Source of the DNA: a virus
Strand: one strand, 5' to 3'
Virus record (IMG/VR): IMGVR_UViG_3300025684_000015
Span: 1 to 64,000 of that record
DNA: 64,000 nt
A model generated the notes under the pieces. The model made no database searches. It was not told the DNA's origin and saw nothing but the letters and a program-made list of their open reading frames with translations. This document shows, piece after piece, positions 8,181-17,731 of this stretch. The position numbers and the translations under genes are program-made. Position 1 is the first letter of the stretch. Each line of letters begins with the position of its first letter.

Positions 8181-8983
8181 GTAAGAGGAGCAACTTTTGG
8201 CTTATTGTTCCACCATAAGTTTCCGTATACTTGAGTCCTCTGAGTTTTTAAATGGTCGTAATTTAATTTTACTGCGTGCAAAGATTTATCGCCAGGAGCA
8301 AAGATAGTAATAGAGTTATTTTCTAATTGTGTAAACACTGTATCGCACCAATCCCAAGGTACCCAACACCGATCTACTCGAGATTCACTCTTCCAAAAAT
8401 CATAGATGTGTTCCCATTCTGGTTTAAACTTCATAAAGTAAGTCCCACATCCTTCAACAGGCCTTGGGTTAATATTTAACATATACGTAAGTGCTTTCTT
8501 ACGAATGTCTGGATGTGGACTAATTTCATAACCCGTCAAATATTTTTGAATAGCTGTTTCTACATAGACATTATCACTAATACCAAACTTATCTCGAATA
8601 CAAGATAAGAATTCCTTTGAATTCAAAAATGTCATAAGGTCTTCAATAAACTGAGTTTTAAAAGTTTGCATACGATATGCCATACCAAAACCTTCGATCA
8701 AACCATGAGCATGAGAAGGTTTTACGCCAGTGCCAGTACTAGCCCATTGAATATAAGCTTGTTCGTCTGTTGTGCAACCAGGAAATGGTTGAGGTTTATA
8801 TCCTTGATAACGTAGATATTCGATCATTCCTTCAACAGAAGGAAATTCTGGAAACTTAATTTGAGCATTATTAGTGATAATATCTAAATGGTAATCACTC
8901 AAAAAATTTTCCAAATAAACAAATCTAAATGGCTCCTCAATAAATGAAGCATCATTGATTTTATCAATTAGATAGTTAAACAT
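8159..8983 (-). CDS. 2OG-Fe(II) oxygenase
   Basis: EEPF...ENFL, HPD, SLHAV and distal R motifs. Confidence 0.8.
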   Translation of the reverse strand: MFNYLIDKINDASFIEEPFRFVYLENFLSDYHLDIITNNAQIKFPEFPSVEGMIEYLRYQGYKPQPFPGCTTDEQAYIQWASTGTGVKPSHAHGLIEGFGMAYRMQTFKTQFIEDLMTFLNSKEFLSCIRDKFGISDNVYVETAIQKYLTGYEISPHPDIRKKALTYMLNINPRPVEGCGTYFMKFKPEWEHIYDFWKSESRVDRCWVPWDWCDTVFTQLENNSITIFAPGDKSLHAVKLNYDHLKTQRTQVYGNLWWNNKPKVAPLTWQQFAQ

Positions 8984-9692
8984 ATTCTTTGAATATCCCT
9001 TCTATAACATCTAGATCTGGAAGTGTACCTAACTCAAACCTAGCATTATCTGTTCCGTATAGTTTATGTATCAATCCAACAGATGCATAATAATCTAAAA
9101 ACTTCGTGCCATCTCCCCAGAGTTGACATGTATTCGTTGTTGTTACATGAGCAGCTGGGATACCATAGGCATGAGCAGCAATAATCCCATGTAAACTTGT
9201 TGACATGATAGTTACACAAGATGAAATTTCCTGTGCCGGATTTACTGGATTATCATCTACTAAATCGATATAGTGCCAACCATTTGTTTTTGCTAATTCC
9301 TTTGTATATTTATTCCGATGAGAATAGTGTGGGATAAATCCTACCTCATGTCTTTTTTCTACTGGTGGGATAAACCTTGGCAATAATAAAGCGGGGTCTC
9401 CGTAAATCTCAGGACACTCACCACCACATTTTAGAATACGATCGCGAGTGATTGGACCTCTGACAAACCGATAAATGTTAGATCGATCAAGATCTTCATT
9501 TTCACGAATACAGCCTGATCCAAGAATAGTAGCTCCATTTTGTGCTAACCTTATAATAGAGCCAGTTGCAAAGAAATTTGCTTGGTCTTGTTTATTGGTG
9601 TGTTTGAACTTAATACCATAATGATTTAAAATATTTGCTGTAAGTACATCCCCAAAGTTTTGAGGAACATCACCCCAGTAAAACGTTTTCAT
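8976..9692 (-). CDS. polysaccharide pyruvyl transferase
   Basis: NFGD, VRGPIT, GDPALL, IPHY, STSLHG...AYGIP motifs. Confidence 0.85.
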   Translation of the reverse strand: MKTFYWGDVPQNFGDVLTANILNHYGIKFKHTNKQDQANFFATGSIIRLAQNGATILGSGCIRENEDLDRSNIYRFVRGPITRDRILKCGGECPEIYGDPALLLPRFIPPVEKRHEVGFIPHYSHRNKYTKELAKTNGWHYIDLVDDNPVNPAQEISSCVTIMSTSLHGIIAAHAYGIPAAHVTTTNTCQLWGDGTKFLDYYASVGLIHKLYGTDNARFELGTLPDLDVIEGIFKEYV

Positions 9693-10369
9693 TATAAAAT
9701 TCCTTGATCAACCAATGCTTGATAGTTTTCTATTTTTTCTCTTTTTGGACCTTGTGGTGTAACCTTAGTCCTAATATGAATAAAACCAGCTTTTTCAGGA
9801 TTTGGCAAGAAAGAACATTGACACCATTTATTGTCTAAGTATTTATCTTTGTCTGCAAGATAGATTGAGCCAAAAACCATAAGTGTATGAAAAATTCCTT
9901 CATCTTCATAATGATATGGTTGATTATAATTATTCATCCAATTTTCGTTGCCACCAAGTTGTTTTCTTAGTCTTTGTCTTAACGGTAAATCCATTTTATA
10001 GATTGCACCACCCCAGTATGGCTTATCATTACTAGCTAACATTGGATACTGAGAGACAATTCGTTGGTGAAGTCTTTTTTGAACATCACCATATAATCCT
10101 ATACCATTTTTCTCAAAGACATTTTCGGTCATACCTTTCGGCGCAAACATATCAATATCAAGCATTAAAACATCGTCATATTTATCAAACTCTTCATCAA
10201 TCATATAAACTTTTTGACAAGGAGAAGTTAAATGTTTTCTAAATGGTTTACCAGTAATTAATCTATATTCAGCACCAACCATTTCAGCGTATGCTTGAAT
10301 GTTTTCTATAGACAATTTATCTAATGGTCTAAGGTCACCGTCAAAGTGTTGTAAAATAATATTAGACAT
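9692..10369 (-). CDS. GT-A fold glycosyltransferase-like
   Basis: LDID DxD; EDEG; similar to neighbouring GTs. Confidence 0.6.
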   Translation of the reverse strand: MSNIILQHFDGDLRPLDKLSIENIQAYAEMVGAEYRLITGKPFRKHLTSPCQKVYMIDEEFDKYDDVLMLDIDMFAPKGMTENVFEKNGIGLYGDVQKRLHQRIVSQYPMLASNDKPYWGGAIYKMDLPLRQRLRKQLGGNENWMNNYNQPYHYEDEGIFHTLMVFGSIYLADKDKYLDNKWCQCSFLPNPEKAGFIHIRTKVTPQGPKREKIENYQALVDQGIL

Positions 10370-10934
10370 CTTTTTTCAATACCATATATCCAACATTTGC
10401 TTCACCACGTTCAATCACTTTCCATCCTGGATTATTGAAGCAAAAGTCTGTTAAACATTGATCAAGTTCAGTATTTGGTAAACGAGTATCATGCGCAATA
10501 ATATACTTATTAACTCTTTTACTATGAACACTCAATTCACGTTGCATATGATATGCTTTATGATATGAATCAATAAGTAACATATCAACACTAGGTCCAA
10601 TAGACTCTAAAGAACCCGAATCCATTTCTTTAATTTTAAAAACAATTTTATTTTCTTTTACGTATTCTTCAGCAAGTGGTTGAAGAAATTTACGATATCT
10701 ACTCATATCAACATCAATAGCTTCAACGTATTTAAACCCAGCTAATAAAGCACAAGCTAAAGTACCACCTTGATGAGTACCTAACTCTGCATATGTTTTA
10801 CAATCTGAAGCATATTTCATCAAAGCATCGTGTTGTTCACAATAATCAATTCCATGTGCTTCTTCTTGCTGATCACGAATTGAAATATAAAACTCTTCTA
10901 GTGTTTTACAGTGATCTAGTTTCGCGTTAATCAT
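10362..10934 (-). CDS. SAM-dependent methyltransferase (Methyltransf_24-like)
   Basis: AELGT, LLIDSYH, IIAHD motifs. Confidence 0.75.
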   Translation of the reverse strand: MINAKLDHCKTLEEFYISIRDQQEEAHGIDYCEQHDALMKYASDCKTYAELGTHQGGTLACALLAGFKYVEAIDVDMSRYRKFLQPLAEEYVKENKIVFKIKEMDSGSLESIGPSVDMLLIDSYHKAYHMQRELSVHSKRVNKYIIAHDTRLPNTELDQCLTDFCFNNPGWKVIERGEANVGYMVLKKDV

Positions 10935-11718
10935 TTACTACTTTCCTTAATCTACTAATATCATAATTATCTGCACCTCGTAGTTGAACGTGTACAAAAC
11001 AAGGCTGTTCCCTATAATCATTTATAGGTCTATTATCGCCATTCGTGTCTGGCCTAAAAAAGATCTGACTATTCCATTTATAATCCATTAACTGCCAATC
11101 AAATTGAGGCAACATTGCATTTAAATAGTTTTGATCTCCCTGATAAAATGGTGGGAGACCAGATCTAGACATTAGATCACAATATTGTTTAAAGTCTTTA
11201 AAGCACTGTCTAGCTTTTTCTCTACCTTCTTTAGAATAGAGAACCATACCACTATTAAAAACTCGAGGACGACCAACGCTATCTCGATACAATTCGAAAC
11301 CATAATTTTTTTGAATGACATCGTACCAACGATTATCATTAGCGTTATTGATACCACCCATGTTGTGTTTAGTTCTTAAACTAGGTTGCATCCATTCTTC
11401 GCAGATACCAATCTCTTTATCGAATTCTTCAAAAATGTTTTTATTACAAATATCAACGGGAACTACATCAGTGTCACAAAACAAAATATTATCGTAATCA
11501 TCAAAAGACAAATCAAAGATCGGCTTAAAGGCACCGTAGTGAGGGTTGTACCTTCCCAAGTTTTTTCTTTGAACTCTGGCTTCTTTTGGCCAAGTTGGGT
11601 TTTGTTCGAAGACATATTCAACTCCAATTCTTTTTGAGTATTCTTCCATAAGCTGTACACCAGCAGCATTACCAGTACTTAAATTGCCTTCCCAAAATTG
11701 ATAAATTAAATTCTTCAT
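10927..11718 (-). CDS. GT-A fold glycosyltransferase
   Basis: FCDTD, FNSGM, GDQNYLN, KWN, FVH motifs. Confidence 0.75.
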   Translation of the reverse strand: MKNLIYQFWEGNLSTGNAAGVQLMEEYSKRIGVEYVFEQNPTWPKEARVQRKNLGRYNPHYGAFKPIFDLSFDDYDNILFCDTDVVPVDICNKNIFEEFDKEIGICEEWMQPSLRTKHNMGGINNANDNRWYDVIQKNYGFELYRDSVGRPRVFNSGMVLYSKEGREKARQCFKDFKQYCDLMSRSGLPPFYQGDQNYLNAMLPQFDWQLMDYKWNSQIFFRPDTNGDNRPINDYREQPCFVHVQLRGADNYDISRLRKVVND

Positions 11719-11975
11719 TTAAAAGATTCTACTCCACCACCATGAATATCTGGATCATAATCTGGGTTCCTTGGATCTTTTGGTTCAACCCATGTTTTAT
11801 AATATTGGAAATTTTCTTCTGGATATCCCTGTTCAACAATCCATTTAGTTAAATCAAAATCGGCTAAAATATATAAATCGTTACCAGTTCCACCAACAGC
11901 ATTTTTAGGCAAAGCTTTTGGAAAACCATAAGCCCAACCAGCCGGAGTTGGATCAATCATAAGATTTTTATCCAT
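11715..11975 (-). CDS. hypothetical protein
   Basis: Translationally coupled ORF; DP.PAGWAYGFPK motif. Confidence 0.6.
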   Translation of the reverse strand: MDKNLMIDPTPAGWAYGFPKALPKNAVGGTGNDLYILADFDLTKWIVEQGYPEENFQYYKTWVEPKDPRNPDYDPDIHGGGVESFK

Positions 11976-12316
11976 TAGTGTGTTCTCCTACCATCAAATA
12001 CACAAACAAAATAAATCCCATCGTCGTAAGCATATACTCTATGAAACCAACCATCTGGAATCAAAACAAGATCGTTTGGATAAACCTCTTGATCATGGTG
12101 TTTACCATTTAAATCAATTAGTTCGATCTTACCACTACCACTAATAAATTGATAAACTTCTTCTTGACCCACATGCGCGTGACCACTTGTACTTTTATTT
12201 GGTTTTAGATCTGTGCTACTTACGACTAAATTATTTAGAGTCTTATTATCTATTACCGTATAGCGATCATCTTGTTTAACAATTTCACCACCAATATCAT
12301 TAATATTTAGTTTCAT
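11975..12316 (-). CDS. cupin-domain protein
   Basis: GHAHVGQEEVY and LIPDGWFHRV cupin motifs. Confidence 0.8.
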   Translation of the reverse strand: MKLNINDIGGEIVKQDDRYTVIDNKTLNNLVVSSTDLKPNKSTSGHAHVGQEEVYQFISGSGKIELIDLNGKHHDQEVYPNDLVLIPDGWFHRVYAYDDGIYFVCVFDGRRTH

Positions 12317-13095
12317 AGAATATCCTTCCTTAGTTGTTCTATGTTTTCTCCACGATTAGGCAATTTATCTTTAAGGAAAAAATGAACAAAATGCGCTTCT
12401 TTTATTCTTGTGCAAGCTGAATATAGAGCATTCCATTTCCAATCCATTTTTTTAATATTCATTTGTTCTTTACGAACCCAATAATTTAATAATGTTTGAT
12501 CTGTTGACCATTTCCATGGACCCAATCCATCAATAAACATTTTAAATTCTTGTCTCATAATAAAATCATAAGGAGTTTGACCATTTAGATATTTAGCAAA
12601 GTTATTCTTATTCAATACCATAAGACCCATATTCATAAATGGAAATCCAGTTTGATCGTTGTACTCCCAATCTATTTTAAGAGAACTATATTGCATTGCA
12701 GAGTAATTAAGAATTTTTGCTCTATATTCTGGTGTCATTGGCATACTTGCTTCAACAACTGCTCCAAAATCGTATTCTGCTTCTAATTCAAAAAAGATAT
12801 CAGGCGCGGTATCGCGAATGTAAATGTCAGCATCAATAATAGCAATTTGGTCATACTTATCAAAGTGCGCAAACGCGTTTTCTTTTTCGTAGATTGGTAA
12901 GAATCCACCATGTTTTTCATATGATTCGACTGATCTATTTGTTGTGAATATATCAGGTTTAATACGCAAAAGCGGTTGGGTTTGACAAATATAGTCAGCA
13001 CCAATCCGCTCCGCGTATTCTTTAACTGATTTTGTGCACCAATCATATAGTCGTGAACGTTTCCCCACGTACACTTGATAAATCAACTGTGCCAT
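12313..13095 (-). CDS. GT-A fold glycosyltransferase
   Basis: IIDADI, NMGLMV, TDQTLLN, WKWN, FVHF motifs. Confidence 0.75.
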   Translation of the reverse strand: MAQLIYQVYVGKRSRLYDWCTKSVKEYAERIGADYICQTQPLLRIKPDIFTTNRSVESYEKHGGFLPIYEKENAFAHFDKYDQIAIIDADIYIRDTAPDIFFELEAEYDFGAVVEASMPMTPEYRAKILNYSAMQYSSLKIDWEYNDQTGFPFMNMGLMVLNKNNFAKYLNGQTPYDFIMRQEFKMFIDGLGPWKWSTDQTLLNYWVRKEQMNIKKMDWKWNALYSACTRIKEAHFVHFFLKDKLPNRGENIEQLRKDIL

Positions 13096-13103
13096 TTAGT
13101 TTC

Positions 13104-13439
13104 CTATTTTTTATTTGCCAATGCGTCTGCGCCAAAAAATGCTGATACTAATACTGCAATAGAAGCAAAGTAGGTTGGTGCAATATCTGCAATTAGATTT
13201 GCAGCTTTATCTAAACCCAACCAAGAAGTAACAAAGATACCAAGAGGATAGAGTAGCAATCCAATAAGGGAGAACCATGCCATTTTCCTAATAGCATCTC
13301 TTTGTGCGTCTTTATCTTCCAATTCTTTTCTTTTAAATTCCAAATGCATCGCCATCTCTTCTGCAGAGATGTGTCCGTCACCATTAGCATCAATACCTTC
13401 TACTGCTTTGGCATCGATAGTTTTTGTTTCGTTAGCCAT
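13104..13439 (-). CDS. EF-hand plus 2-TM membrane protein (holin-like topology)
   Basis: DANGDGHISAEE EF-hand loop followed by two hydrophobic helices. Confidence 0.65.
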   Translation of the reverse strand: MANETKTIDAKAVEGIDANGDGHISAEEMAMHLEFKRKELEDKDAQRDAIRKMAWFSLIGLLLYPLGIFVTSWLGLDKAANLIADIAPTYFASIAVLVSAFFGADALANKK

Positions 13440-13510
13440 GTGAACTCCTGAAAATTGTTTTGGTTCATAACTAAACTCATTTCAAAAGGTATTCACTCAA
13501 TCCTTATTAT

Positions 13511-14032
13511 CTATACAAATTTTACTTTGTCAGCCAGATCAATAGCTTGATCAATTGCAGGTATTAGATATTCTTCAAAATCATCTTGATTTGCTTGATA
13601 TCTAATACCAATACCACCGTGTAATTCCCATTCGGCAATGTTCGATGGTTTATCGTCAATTAAGATATTTGGAGTACCATCAATCTTATTAGTAGCAAAT
13701 TTGTGTTTACTATTAGTAAAAATCATTTTACTGATTGCTGGTGTAATATTATAATCTTCTAACCAACGACGTTTCCAATAACTACTATTAGCAAAGTCAT
13801 CTCGAAGTGGAGAAGAACAAATTCCCCAGTCATCACCGGCTGACAGAACATAATTAACTAAACGTGTTGTAGTTTCAAATGGAAGAAGTTGATAAAAGAA
13901 ATCTGTATTTTTAAGACTTCGAATACTATTTTCAATATCTGGAATTTGCTTCCAATGTTCTACACCATAATAATCTTCAAGACCTTTGAAGAAATCGGCT
14001 AGTACGCCGTCCATATCTAAATAAATTGTCAT
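13511..14032 (-). CDS. 5'(3')-deoxyribonucleotidase, HAD superfamily
   Basis: YLDMDGVLADF, ICSSP, K, LIDD motifs. Confidence 0.85.
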   Translation of the reverse strand: MTIYLDMDGVLADFFKGLEDYYGVEHWKQIPDIENSIRSLKNTDFFYQLLPFETTTRLVNYVLSAGDDWGICSSPLRDDFANSSYWKRRWLEDYNITPAISKMIFTNSKHKFATNKIDGTPNILIDDKPSNIAEWELHGGIGIRYQANQDDFEEYLIPAIDQAIDLADKVKFV

Positions 14033-14042
14033 AAATTCTCCT

Positions 14043-14291
14043 CTATTTCCTAGCCAAAACTTCAGTTACATCAAAAACACTAAAGTATCTTGGCTTTTTC
14101 TTTGTATTATCATCTTCATCTTCTTTAAAGAAGACCAATCTTGCACAAGCTTTCAAACCTTTCAGTTTGGTTCCAGGGATTCCAAGATCCCGAACCGCTT
14201 GTTTAAAGGTAACTACTGCATCAACACCGATAGCGGCTAAAGTATCTGCATTCATTCCTGAATATTCTCTTTTAGTTACATAATTCATCAT
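14043..14291 (-). CDS. mini ArdC-N-like protein
   Basis: NYVTKREYSGMN...TFKQA...KGLK...YFSVFD matches the ArdC N-terminal (DUF1738) pattern. Confidence 0.55.
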   Translation of the reverse strand: MMNYVTKREYSGMNADTLAAIGVDAVVTFKQAVRDLGIPGTKLKGLKACARLVFFKEDEDDNTKKKPRYFSVFDVTEVLARK

Positions 14292-14307
14292 TTTTATTTC
14301 TCCTCAA

Positions 14308-14428
14308 TTCATTTTATAAGTATATTATACACCTGTTTTTAGCAGATGTAAACAAAAAAATGCACTTAATTTGAAAAAAAGTGCATTTTTATTTTAAAGG
14401 AGAATCAATAACTTATATCAATAAGTTA
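14308..14428 (-). promoter_or_regulatory. early promoter cassette (copy B)
   Basis: -10 14324-14329, -35 14347-14352, TGCA inverted repeat, two WATCAANNNNTTA boxes at 14403-14415 and 14416-14428. Confidence 0.85.
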
Positions 14429-15320
14429 CATCAAATGGTATCTTTGAACCTTTGCCATAATCAAAATTTAAACTATCTAGATATTTAGCTAATGGTCTCT
14501 TTGATACTAACCCGCCCCGCAGTTCACGAGTTAATCTATTCCATTCCTGATAAACTTTAAAATCTAATAAAGGATATCTTACTTCAAGGTTTTTTTCAAG
14601 GTAATATGGACGTGAATCTCTTATAAATTCTGCACACAGTAGCCAGTCTTGAGTACATAAAGCTTCATCAGCACCTAGTCCTGAAAGAATTATTCGACCT
14701 TCATTAACATTTGTTGCAACAACTTCATGACCACTTTGTGTTGGTGCCCATAAACTAATAACATCAACCTTTGCATCAGTATAATTTTGAACGTATTTGA
14801 CTCGTTGGGCCAATCTAGGTTTATTTTCTTTTGCTGTTACACTTAAAACATCAAAGTCTAAATTTAATTTAATTGCTGCTGCAACAATTGCTCCACTATC
14901 ATGACCAGAACTCATTGTAATGACTGGGCGATCTGTGCATCTAAGCTTTACTGCTTCTTCAATTGCTAAAAAGAAAGCATCATAATCATGTCTTTCTGTG
15001 AGGCCTTTTGGTGGAGCATATCCACATAGATTAGACGTGACAAAGTTTTCTCGGCAATAAGTAATTGCATTGTTTTCTACTACAATAGTAGAATTTCTGG
15101 GTAACACTAGAGGAGATTGTGTACCGGCCCAATCTGTAATATAGATTGTTTTAGGACCATCTTGAATTACAACCGTATAATCACCCTTTAAATAATGATG
15201 AGTATGTAGTCTTTCAGTCTCATAAATTCCTTTGATATTTTCTACAGGACAAAAGCCATAGACTTTGACTCTAATAGCATTACCAGATTCTCGTTTAAAT
15301 TTTTCGAATGTATCTATCAT
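14418..15320 (-). CDS. asparagine synthetase-like PP-loop protein
   Basis: MSSGHDSG, ILSGLGADE, EVRYPLLD motifs of the AsnB synthetase domain. Confidence 0.75.
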   Translation of the reverse strand: MIDTFEKFKRESGNAIRVKVYGFCPVENIKGIYETERLHTHHYLKGDYTVVIQDGPKTIYITDWAGTQSPLVLPRNSTIVVENNAITYCRENFVTSNLCGYAPPKGLTERHDYDAFFLAIEEAVKLRCTDRPVITMSSGHDSGAIVAAAIKLNLDFDVLSVTAKENKPRLAQRVKYVQNYTDAKVDVISLWAPTQSGHEVVATNVNEGRIILSGLGADEALCTQDWLLCAEFIRDSRPYYLEKNLEVRYPLLDFKVYQEWNRLTRELRGGLVSKRPLAKYLDSLNFDYGKGSKIPFDVTY

Positions 15321-15559
15321 TGATTAGTAAAATTTGGCCAAAGTTGCGCAAACTGTTTTCCACAATCGGGATCTTCAAAAAAGAATGTATGTTCATATAC
15401 ATTCGTATATGTATCCATACTCCATTGGTGCCGTTCTAAGTTTTTTCGACACCAGTCCTTTCCTTGCCAATCTAAATCACTATGAAGCCTAACACTATAT
15501 GCATTTGGCTTCCAGCGTTGTTTATACTCAAAGATTTCAAGAGGACTCATATCAACCAT
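15317..15559 (-). CDS. hypothetical protein
   Basis: Coupled ORF; probable start MVDMSP. Confidence 0.6.
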   Translation of the reverse strand: MVDMSPLEIFEYKQRWKPNAYSVRLHSDLDWQGKDWCRKNLERHQWSMDTYTNVYEHTFFFEDPDCGKQFAQLWPNFTNQ

Positions 15560-16229
15560 GGAACATTTTTCTACGATTATATTCATCACGAGTTTCGATC
15601 ATCTTTTCAATCCAATTATCACGTGTTTCTTTGTACATAACTGGATGGAAGTCATCTACATCCATAACAATACGTGTTTGGTTAATTGGCATGCCAGTAC
15701 GTTCTTCCCACATAACTGCGTACGCAGCCAATTGCATAAAGTAATTACTGATATTTTCTTTTTTCTTTGGACGCTTAGATGTTTTCCAATCAACAATGGT
15801 AGGGACACCATCCCATTCAACAATAGCATCACAGGTACCAGCTAATTGTAGATGGTCACTATAAAGTGGTACTTCTTGACCATACACTTTAGTGATATGC
15901 TTATCAAGCAATGGTCTAAGATTTTCTAGAGATTGTATAACATGTGGAAGGAATCCTTCTCTACAATCAGATTCATTGTTCATATATTTTTCAATAAGAC
16001 TATGAACTTGTGTACCACGTGTAGATGCGATACGACCAATACGATTGGCTTCTTCTTCACCAACACGTGCTCTCCATTTAGCAATACTTTCTTCACCAAG
16101 GATACTAAGCACTGTAGTTACAGATGGATATGCTTTACCATCTAGAGTCTGGTATCTACGTCCATCAGGAGAGTCTACCCGTTCTAGAGTTTCATAGCCC
16201 ATATCGATCTTTTCATGTATAAATTGCAT
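15552..16229 (-). CDS. Cas4-like/PD-(D/E)xK exonuclease
   Basis: YPSVTTVL, RGTQVH, AGTCD, VDWKTS, QLAAY motifs. Confidence 0.85.
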   Translation of the reverse strand: MQFIHEKIDMGYETLERVDSPDGRRYQTLDGKAYPSVTTVLSILGEESIAKWRARVGEEEANRIGRIASTRGTQVHSLIEKYMNNESDCREGFLPHVIQSLENLRPLLDKHITKVYGQEVPLYSDHLQLAGTCDAIVEWDGVPTIVDWKTSKRPKKKENISNYFMQLAAYAVMWEERTGMPINQTRIVMDVDDFHPVMYKETRDNWIEKMIETRDEYNRRKMFHG

Positions 16230-16258
16230 AGTATGTCCTTTTCATTTTAATATAGTAT

Positions 16259-16287
16259 ATTATACCACAGTTTTCTGTGAATGTAAA
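16259..16287 (-). promoter_or_regulatory. early-type promoter
   Basis: TTTACA-17-TATAAT with GTGG extension. Confidence 0.7.
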
Positions 16288-16290
16288 CAA

Positions 16291-16971
16291 CTATTTTAGT
16301 CCCATCATCTCTTTTGTCATAATATAATCACGAACAATACCAGATCTAACAATATCATCCCAACCAAATTGAATAGTGCTAAAGTGTGTCATTCTTTCTA
16401 CAATGTTGAGAAACTTCATAATTCCTAGTTTGTCTGATTCTCTTTCAAAATCTGATTGAAGATAATCACCAGCAAAAATAATTTTACAATTTTCGCCGAT
16501 ACGTGTCATAACAGAATCAAGCTCATGGAAGTTTAAGTTTTGCATTTCATCGACAATGATAACAGCACGATTCATTGTTTGACCACGAATAAAGGATGTT
16601 GTCTCAAAGGTTACCTGTTTAGCATTTGTTAATTTTTGCCAAGCTGCTTTATCTTCAAATAATTCAGTACAAATAGCTTTATAAGGTGCTTCAAATACTG
16701 CAGTTTTTTCTTCTAGTTTTCCTGGAAGAAAACCAATTTCTCGTACCGGTACTACGGATCGAACAATAATTACTTGATCATATGATCCACTACGCTCTAA
16801 AACCGTTTCCATTGCTAGTGCCATAGCAAGATATGTTTTGCCCGTACCGGCAGATCCAGTAAGTACTAAGTTTTCACCATCATCCCATAGACTACATGCT
16901 TTCTTTTGATTTTCAGTAATTGGTTCAAATTCAATTAAATCATCATATTTAACTTTACTAGAGCTACTCAT
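16291..16971 (-). CDS. phoH: PhoH-family ATPase
   Basis: GSAGTGKT, IGFLPG, FIRGQT, DEMQN, TRIG motifs. Confidence 0.92.
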   Translation of the reverse strand: MSSSSKVKYDDLIEFEPITENQKKACSLWDDGENLVLTGSAGTGKTYLAMALAMETVLERSGSYDQVIIVRSVVPVREIGFLPGKLEEKTAVFEAPYKAICTELFEDKAAWQKLTNAKQVTFETTSFIRGQTMNRAVIIVDEMQNLNFHELDSVMTRIGENCKIIFAGDYLQSDFERESDKLGIMKFLNIVERMTHFSTIQFGWDDIVRSGIVRDYIMTKEMMGLK

Positions 16972-17729
16972 TATTTTATTCCTTGAGAAAGATAGTCAAC
17001 AACATTTACTTTAGGTTCCCACCCAAGCTCTTTTAGTTTGGAATTATCTGCAGTATTATCTGGTGATTCACAGTGATCACCTGAACGAATATCTACTCCA
17101 GGATAACGAATTCTTGCTAAAGAAGATACAATATTACCGATACCTGTACCAATATCATAAGCATCTGTTAAACTAGTTTCAGGAAATAAGTGTGGATCGG
17201 TCATCTTTAGCATAATAAGCTCAATAGCATTTAATACATCACTAACATGAATAAAATCTCGAATATGGTTTGTCGCATATTGGATTTCATTTCTCATTAG
17301 TTTCCCAATAAACATTGATTCACGAGCACCTTCACCATAAACAGTAGTGAATCTTAATGCAACTTGTCCAGGAAATGCTGTCTCTTCATTTACTTTTTTA
17401 CTTGTTCCATATGGAGATTTAGCCCATGAATGAATACAAGATGATGAAGCATATAATAAAGGTACACGATTAAAATAACATTGCCGTTGAATTTTTGTAG
17501 TAGGCTCTACGTTGTTTTTCCAATATTCATCAGGAAATTGAATGCTTCTTCTAACATCTGCATTAGCTGCTAAATGAATAACAAAATCAGTATTGGGTTC
17601 TAGTTTAAAGTCTTGGATATCTAATCCGATTTTTCTATCCCATGCAATAACTTCATTACCTTCAGCCTTTAATTTTTCTTTTAAGTGGCCACCAATAAAT
17701 CCACTAGATCCAGTAATTATGATTTTCAT
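16971..17729 (-). CDS. NAD-dependent epimerase/dehydratase
   Basis: TGSSGFIG, HLAA, ASSS, YGTSK, RDFIHV motifs. Confidence 0.9.
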   Translation of the reverse strand: MKIIITGSSGFIGGHLKEKLKAEGNEVIAWDRKIGLDIQDFKLEPNTDFVIHLAANADVRRSIQFPDEYWKNNVEPTTKIQRQCYFNRVPLLYASSSCIHSWAKSPYGTSKKVNEETAFPGQVALRFTTVYGEGARESMFIGKLMRNEIQYATNHIRDFIHVSDVLNAIELIMLKMTDPHLFPETSLTDAYDIGTGIGNIVSSLARIRYPGVDIRSGDHCESPDNTADNSKLKELGWEPKVNVVDYLSQGIK

Positions 17730-17731
17730 TA

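Noticed and set aside
15552-16229. Cas4-like nuclease as evidence of CRISPR-Cas
   Set aside because: A solo PD-(D/E)xK exonuclease beside phoH is ordinary for T4-like phages; no cas1/cas2 or array seen
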